From NCBI GenBank assembly GCA_035193785.1, contig CP136572.1, positions 1,972,578-2,036,577 on the forward strand: a DNA stretch of 64,000 nucleotides, written 5' to 3'. A model generated the notes under the pieces. That model worked only from the letters and a program-made list of their open reading frames with translations, searched no databases and was not told the DNA's origin. Positions 59,652-64,000 of the stretch are shown one piece after another (positions within the stretch are counted from its first letter, which is position 1; each line of letters starts with the position of its first letter). The position numbers and the translations under genes are program-made. Source of the DNA: Planktothrix sp. GU0601_MAG3. Lineage in GTDB: Bacteria; Cyanobacteriota; Cyanobacteriia; Cyanobacteriales; Microcoleaceae.

Positions 59652-60714
59652 GTGGAGATCGAAAAATCCTATAAAATCTTAGACCTAGAACCCGGGGTAA
59701 GCTTAGAGGAAGTCAGACAAGCCTATCGCCATCTAGCATTGATCTGGCATCCCGATCGCTATCCCCAAAATTCTCCCATACAAATCCAAGCCGAAGCCAA
59801 ATTCAAAGAAATCAGCCACGCCTACGAAACCCTAAAAACCCATTTAAGTCACCCTCCCCTCCCTCCCTCCCCCACCTCCCCTCCCTCCCCTCCCTCCCCT
59901 ACTCCCCCTGCTCCCCCTGCTCCCTCCGCCCCCCCTGCCCCCCCTACTCCCCCTACTCCCCCTACCCCAACTATCCCCCTAGGTTGGCTAACGGGGGTGT
60001 TTATTTGCTATAGCCTGATTGCTTGGATTTTAACGACTTTGGGGATTCCCTTCTGGGTTTGGACATTTGGCCTGATTGCTTGGTTTACTATTACCCTAGT
60101 CGCCAGTGAAGATTCGGACTCGTCTCAACCTTGGTTAATCTCGTTGGTGTTTGCTGGGGCGATCGCAGGTTGGGTTCTAGGAAAGGAAGTGGGGGGCATG
60201 ATTACAGGAACAGTATGGGGGATGGTTGGCATCGGATTAGGGGCGATCGCTGGCTCAGAAACAGCCTCTAAATCGATAATTGGACTGTTAACGGTGATGG
60301 GAATTGCCGCCATTGCCGGGTTAATCGCCGGAAACTCGTCGGGGAAACTGGTTAGGTTCGGTTTTTGGTGGGGGTTTTGGGGTGATTATGGGATTGATGT
60401 TAGGGATTATTTTAGATGCCATATTTCAATCAAAGGCAAAACTAGGAACGGGGAGTTTATTTGGATTACTATTAGGAGGATGGATCGGTGCTGGTATTGG
60501 GGCGGGTCAAAAAGCCATCATGCGGGTAATCGAACGCTTACAGCCAGAGGTTATTATTGCCGCTTGGGGTGCGATCGCCTTGGTTTTTGGGGTTGTAGCG
60601 CAAATGGTAGCAGGAGAAAAATTGCTTGCGTCGTACAATGGGTTTTATACCTTTTTGATTTTAGGGATTACTTCCGGTCTGGGTTTGAGTTTTGGGTTGT
60701 GGTTAGCCCACTAA
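59652..60714 (+). CDS. DnaJ-domain membrane protein with a Pro-rich linker (frameshift near 60340)
   Basis: YKILDL, WHPDRY, KEISHAYETL; Gly-rich TM helices. Confidence 0.85.
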
Positions 60715-60828
60715 TCCTTTCAAACTAAAGATTTATATTGAATCGCAGAAAATAGGGAACATTGAAACATCAATTTCCAGTCTCAAGATGATAGAGATCC
60801 TGTCAAAATTCAAACCAATTTAACAACA

Positions 60829-62175
60829 ATGGAACTTGATTTATCTCGCTTTTTTAAAGCTTCTAACCCGGCGGTTACACTGAATGTGGAAAACCCAGAA
60901 GATCAACAATATTATATTGATTTTTCTCCTGCACGCGGGGGGAAACTAATTGAGCAAATCTCCCGAACAATTACGCGGTTATCTCCCGATCTTCCCACTT
61001 GTCAACTGTTTACGGGTCATGTAGGTTCGGGAAAGTCAACGGAATTACTCAGACTTCAATCTCAACTCAAAAAAGAAGGATTCCATGTCGTTTATTTTGA
61101 GTCGAGTAAGGACTTAGATATGGCGGATGTGGATATTACAGATATTTTATTAGCGATCGCCCGTCAGGTCAGTGAAAGTATTGAAACCCTGCAAATTAAA
61201 TTACAACCTAAAGGCTTTAAAAGTTTACTCAGTGGAGTGATCGGAGTTTTAAATACACAAATTGATTTAAAAGGAGATGTTAATGTCCCCGGAATTGGGA
61301 CGGTAAGTGCCAGTACGGAAGGAGAATTTTCCCTGTCAATGGGAATTGGGAATATTACGGCTAAAACCAAAGATAGTCGAGATTTAAGGTCTTTATTGCG
61401 TCAATATTTAGAACCTCGAACTAATAATATTTTAGAAGCAATCAATAAGGAATTATTGGAACCCTCGATCCAACAATTGAAACAAATGGGAAAAAAGGGG
61501 CTAGTTGTAATTGTTGATAATTTAGACCGAATTATTGATACCAAAAATAGCACCGGACGCCCGCAACCGGAATATTTATTTATTGACCGGGGCGAACAAC
61601 TGAATAAACTCAATTGTCATGTTGTCTATACGATTCCATTAGGTTTAATTTTTTCTAATGATTTAGGACAACTGATGAATCGCTTTGGGAGTGACCCGAA
61701 AACCTTACCCATGGTGACGGTAAAATTTGAGGATGGAACACGCTGCGAAGAAGGAATTGAACTGTTACGTCAGATGGTAATGGCGAGAGCATTTCCGGGT
61801 ATTGCTCCGAAAGAATATCCAGACTTAGTAACAAATATTTTTGATAGTCCTGAAACTTTAGATCGACTTTGTACCATCAGTGGCGGTCATGTTCGCAGTT
61901 TATTAATTTTGTTATATAGCTGTTTACAAAAAGAAGATCCTCCATTAACTAGACAATCCTTAGAGGAGGTGATTTTGCAACGTCGTCACCAATTAACCTT
62001 AGCGATTGAAGCCGACGAAAAAGAAATGTTACGTCAAGTAGCGGTGACTAAAAAATTAAGTGGTCAAATGGAATATCAAACCCTATTAAGGAGTTTATGG
62101 GTGTTTGAATACCATCAGACCCAACATTTTTGGTATGATATTAATCCGATTTTGGCAGAGGCTCAGGAATTTTGA
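60829..62175 (+). CDS. P-loop ATPase (cyanobacterial AAA/KAP-like family)
   Basis: YYIDFS..RG, Walker A GHVGSGKST, Walker B VIVDNLD, SGGHVR, WYDINP. Confidence 0.85.
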   Translation: MELDLSRFFKASNPAVTLNVENPEDQQYYIDFSPARGGKLIEQISRTITRLSPDLPTCQLFTGHVGSGKSTELLRLQSQLKKEGFHVVYFESSKDLDMADVDITDILLAIARQVSESIETLQIKLQPKGFKSLLSGVIGVLNTQIDLKGDVNVPGIGTVSASTEGEFSLSMGIGNITAKTKDSRDLRSLLRQYLEPRTNNILEAINKELLEPSIQQLKQMGKKGLVVIVDNLDRIIDTKNSTGRPQPEYLFIDRGEQLNKLNCHVVYTIPLGLIFSNDLGQLMNRFGSDPKTLPMVTVKFEDGTRCEEGIELLRQMVMARAFPGIAPKEYPDLVTNIFDSPETLDRLCTISGGHVRSLLILLYSCLQKEDPPLTRQSLEEVILQRRHQLTLAIEADEKEMLRQVAVTKKLSGQMEYQTLLRSLWVFEYHQTQHFWYDINPILAEAQEF

Positions 62176-62278
62176 TCGCGGATTTAGATGGATTACACGG
62201 ATTACACGGATTTTTTTGATGTTTTTAGATGGATTGTAAGGATTTTAGGAGGGTGGGCATAGCCCACCTTATTTTTAA

Positions 62279-62382
62279 ATCGAAATATATAATGTTTTCA
62301 TGTCGTGTTACCAGAGATTGCCTCAACAATCATTTTCTCAAGTTTGTGATTGGGCGATCGCTATTTCACCCAACAACAAATA
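62279..62382 (+). repeat. Left copy of a diverged direct repeat bounding the 62.4-63.9 kb island (right copy 63916-63987)
   Basis: atcgaaatatataatgttttcat and ttctcaagtttgtgattgggcgatcgctattt...acaaata recur at 63916-63987. Confidence 0.75.
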
Positions 62383-62650
62383 TTCTCAGATGATTTGATG
62401 TGTTTTAGAGTGTGATCGCAAATAATCTCTCTGAACTCAACAACGAAGCCAACTATTTTTGCTTTTTTAATCTCTGCTGAACACAGATAACTTAAACAGA
62501 GCGATCAGTTTCTGCATAGCGAAGGCAGATAAACTTGACTCCGATCGATAACCACTGTTCCATCCGCACCAACAAAGTGCTAGGTAATCAAAAGCTTTGC
62601 GGTTAGGCTTCAGACCTGAACCTAACCATCAAGATTGAAAGTTGAAAAAA

Positions 62651-62787
62651 TGGCCAGTGAAGGAATTGAACCTTCATCTATCTCCTAAAATACTTTCTCT
62701 ATAAGAAAGCCTACAAGAAAGCATTTTAGGAGATGGGATGCACTTCGGTGCATCCCAGAGATCGCATAACCGTTATGCTAACCGACC
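62651..62787 (-). ncRNA. tRNA-like RNA (137 nt) with the anticodon loop replaced by a 73-nt double-hairpin insert
   Basis: GGTCGGT/ACTGGCC acceptor, T8A9, D arm GCAT-AACGGTT-ATGC, stem ATCTC/GAGAT, variable AGAT, T arm GAAGG-TTCAATT-CCTTC, discriminator A, then T6. Confidence 0.75.
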
Positions 62788-62794
62788 AAGACTA

Positions 62795-63619
62795 CTAAAT
62801 TTGTGTCTCCATTATTATACTTATATCTTCATCAGTTTGCAGAAACTCCTGTTTTAGGGATTGTATAATTTTATTTTTTCGTCTCTCCTCCTTTGAGATT
62901 CCTTTATATTCTAACTTTAATTTCTCATATACCTTTTCCATGTTTAGACATTTTCTACAAATTTCCTTAATTGACTTCTGCCAAACTTTTGATAAAAGTA
63001 GAACATCTTTTGAGTTTATTTCTTCAGGCTTATTAAGTTTTGACTGATATACTTTTCTAAGGAAATCCTGATCAATAGAATTGTAGATTTTCAATATATT
63101 ATTCAAGTTTTCGTCTTTTTTTGACGGATGAAACTCATTGTTCCTAATCAACCTAAAATAATCAATAACTCTGAACTCTGTCTTTCCAACATAGTCTTCA
63201 AAAATTTCATCTTCAACATTTTTTACAAGCTCATGATCTCCTTTTTTAGACGAATAAACTATTGCTATTGTTTTTCTTAAAAAGTCTCCTTCTGCAATAT
63301 GTTTCGATTCTTTAAGCATCATCTTAATTTTCTGTATTCTCTTGCAAGCTGCTTCTGCTTTGCTATTGATAAGCGCTATATGAGCTAAGTATACAAACTT
63401 CCTTATATCATTTATACATAAGTGTTCTGTGTATAAATGATGGTGTCCATACTGCCCTGAAATTTTGCGTAAAAATTTTGCCTTATCTGACTTAGCCTCA
63501 GTTTCCTCTAAAAAAAACTCTACTGCTGAATCAACTAAGCAGAAATAGGGATTAATTGCCCCCAATTCGTGCCTAAACTGTCTTTCAATTATTCCAGGTG
63601 TTTCTGATTCCTCAACCAT
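62795..63619 (-). CDS. Orphan protein with a HEPN-type R-x4-H motif (putative RNase)
   Basis: 274-aa ORF, apparently helical, AT-rich, no HIP1 site seen; IDYFRLIRNNEFH. Confidence 0.6.
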   Translation of the reverse strand: MVEESETPGIIERQFRHELGAINPYFCLVDSAVEFFLEETEAKSDKAKFLRKISGQYGHHHLYTEHLCINDIRKFVYLAHIALINSKAEAACKRIQKIKMMLKESKHIAEGDFLRKTIAIVYSSKKGDHELVKNVEDEIFEDYVGKTEFRVIDYFRLIRNNEFHPSKKDENLNNILKIYNSIDQDFLRKVYQSKLNKPEEINSKDVLLLSKVWQKSIKEICRKCLNMEKVYEKLKLEYKGISKEERRKNKIIQSLKQEFLQTDEDISIIMETQI

Positions 63620-63674
63620 TGATTTTTATAGTAATAAATTTTGAAGCAGTTTCTTGTGAGGTGATGAGCATTCT

Positions 63675-63760
63675 ACCTAGCGGCTGAATTCAGCCGCTAA
63701 AGATCGCCTAAAACTCAAAACTAAAATATCATATTTGTCCGCTCCAATGATTTGTTATGC
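63675..63760 (-). other. Integron attC-like recombination site (86 bp, degenerate)
   Basis: Minus strand GCATAAC-AAATC-ATTGGAGCGGAC...GCGGCTGAAT-TCAGCC-GCTAGGT, matching the R''-L''...L'-R' layout with one mismatch in R'. Confidence 0.6.
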
Positions 63761-63822
63761 CCCGATCGCTTCTCAATTCTTGACTTTGGCGATCGCTTCA
63801 ACAATAATCTTCTCAAGTTTAC

Positions 63823-63916
63823 TATAGCAAGTCTATTTGAATTGTACAAATCAAACCTAGGTCAAACTCTTACCCCGTAAACATGACTATGATACAAATG
63901 ATTTAGACCTGCTATA
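63823..63916. mobile_element. MITE-like element (94 bp)
   Basis: tatagcaagtcta ... tagacctgctata terminal inverted repeats; a related end lies near 7104. Confidence 0.55.
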
Positions 63917-64000
63917 TCGAAATATATAATGTTTTCATATTCTCCAGTTTGCGATTTGGCGATCGCTATTCCAGCCCAAAACAAATACTTTAAAATTATT

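Noticed and set aside
59851..59980. C-rich low-complexity tract
   Set aside because: In-frame Pro-rich linker of the DnaJ-domain protein.
306..61613. Many short ORFs antisense to or overlapping real genes (e.g. 306..527, 1201..1584, 9621..9998, 10116..10613, 24101..24587, 37449..37766, 46403..46765, 61164..61613)
   Set aside because: Shadow frames of well-supported genes, with no recognisable motifs.
62764..62778. GCATAAC-C-GTTATGC as a collapsed attC site
   Set aside because: Better explained as the D arm (GCAT-AACGGTT-ATGC) of the tRNA-like RNA.
62651..62787. Canonical or intron-containing tRNA, or a prophage att fragment
   Set aside because: No 7-nt anticodon loop. The insert lacks the size and features of group I/II introns. 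Both tRNA halves are present and no integrase is nearby.

Overview
Chromosomal window from a filamentous cyanobacterium: frequent HIP1 GCGATCGC, STRR heptamer tracts and fraCDE; Oscillatoriales/Planktothrix-like by inference. Most of it is core or accessory housekeeping DNA: htpG, a sulfotransferase/glycosyltransferase cluster, clpB, ybeY, dgkA, trpG, argC, msrA, fraCDE, larE, a CHAT/DUF928/CHASE2-cyclase cluster, phosphoketolase, a P450, dnaN and nadC. About 25 genes are split by frameshifts. Those I traced, including dnaN, are single extra bases in short homopolymers, so these are almost certainly sequencing errors, not pseudogenes. Most interesting is a small AT-rich island at 62.3-64 kb. 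An attC-like site precedes an orphan gene carrying a HEPN-type R-x4-H motif (RNNEFH). Seven nt after its stop codon begins a 137-nt tRNA-like RNA with intact acceptor, D and T arms whose anticodon loop is replaced by two long hairpins. This is a candidate HEPN RNase / tRNA-mimic toxin-antitoxin or defence cassette. Other highlights: a GIY-YIG nuclease gene between an 8x61-bp array and inverted copies of the same motif; two tandem stand-alone 5S rRNA units, each with its own promoter and terminator; an orphan N6-adenine methyltransferase bounded by a diverged duplication of the neighbouring gene's 5' end; a TnpB-only IS200/IS605 element; a short FraD; and a Cys-less orthocaspase.
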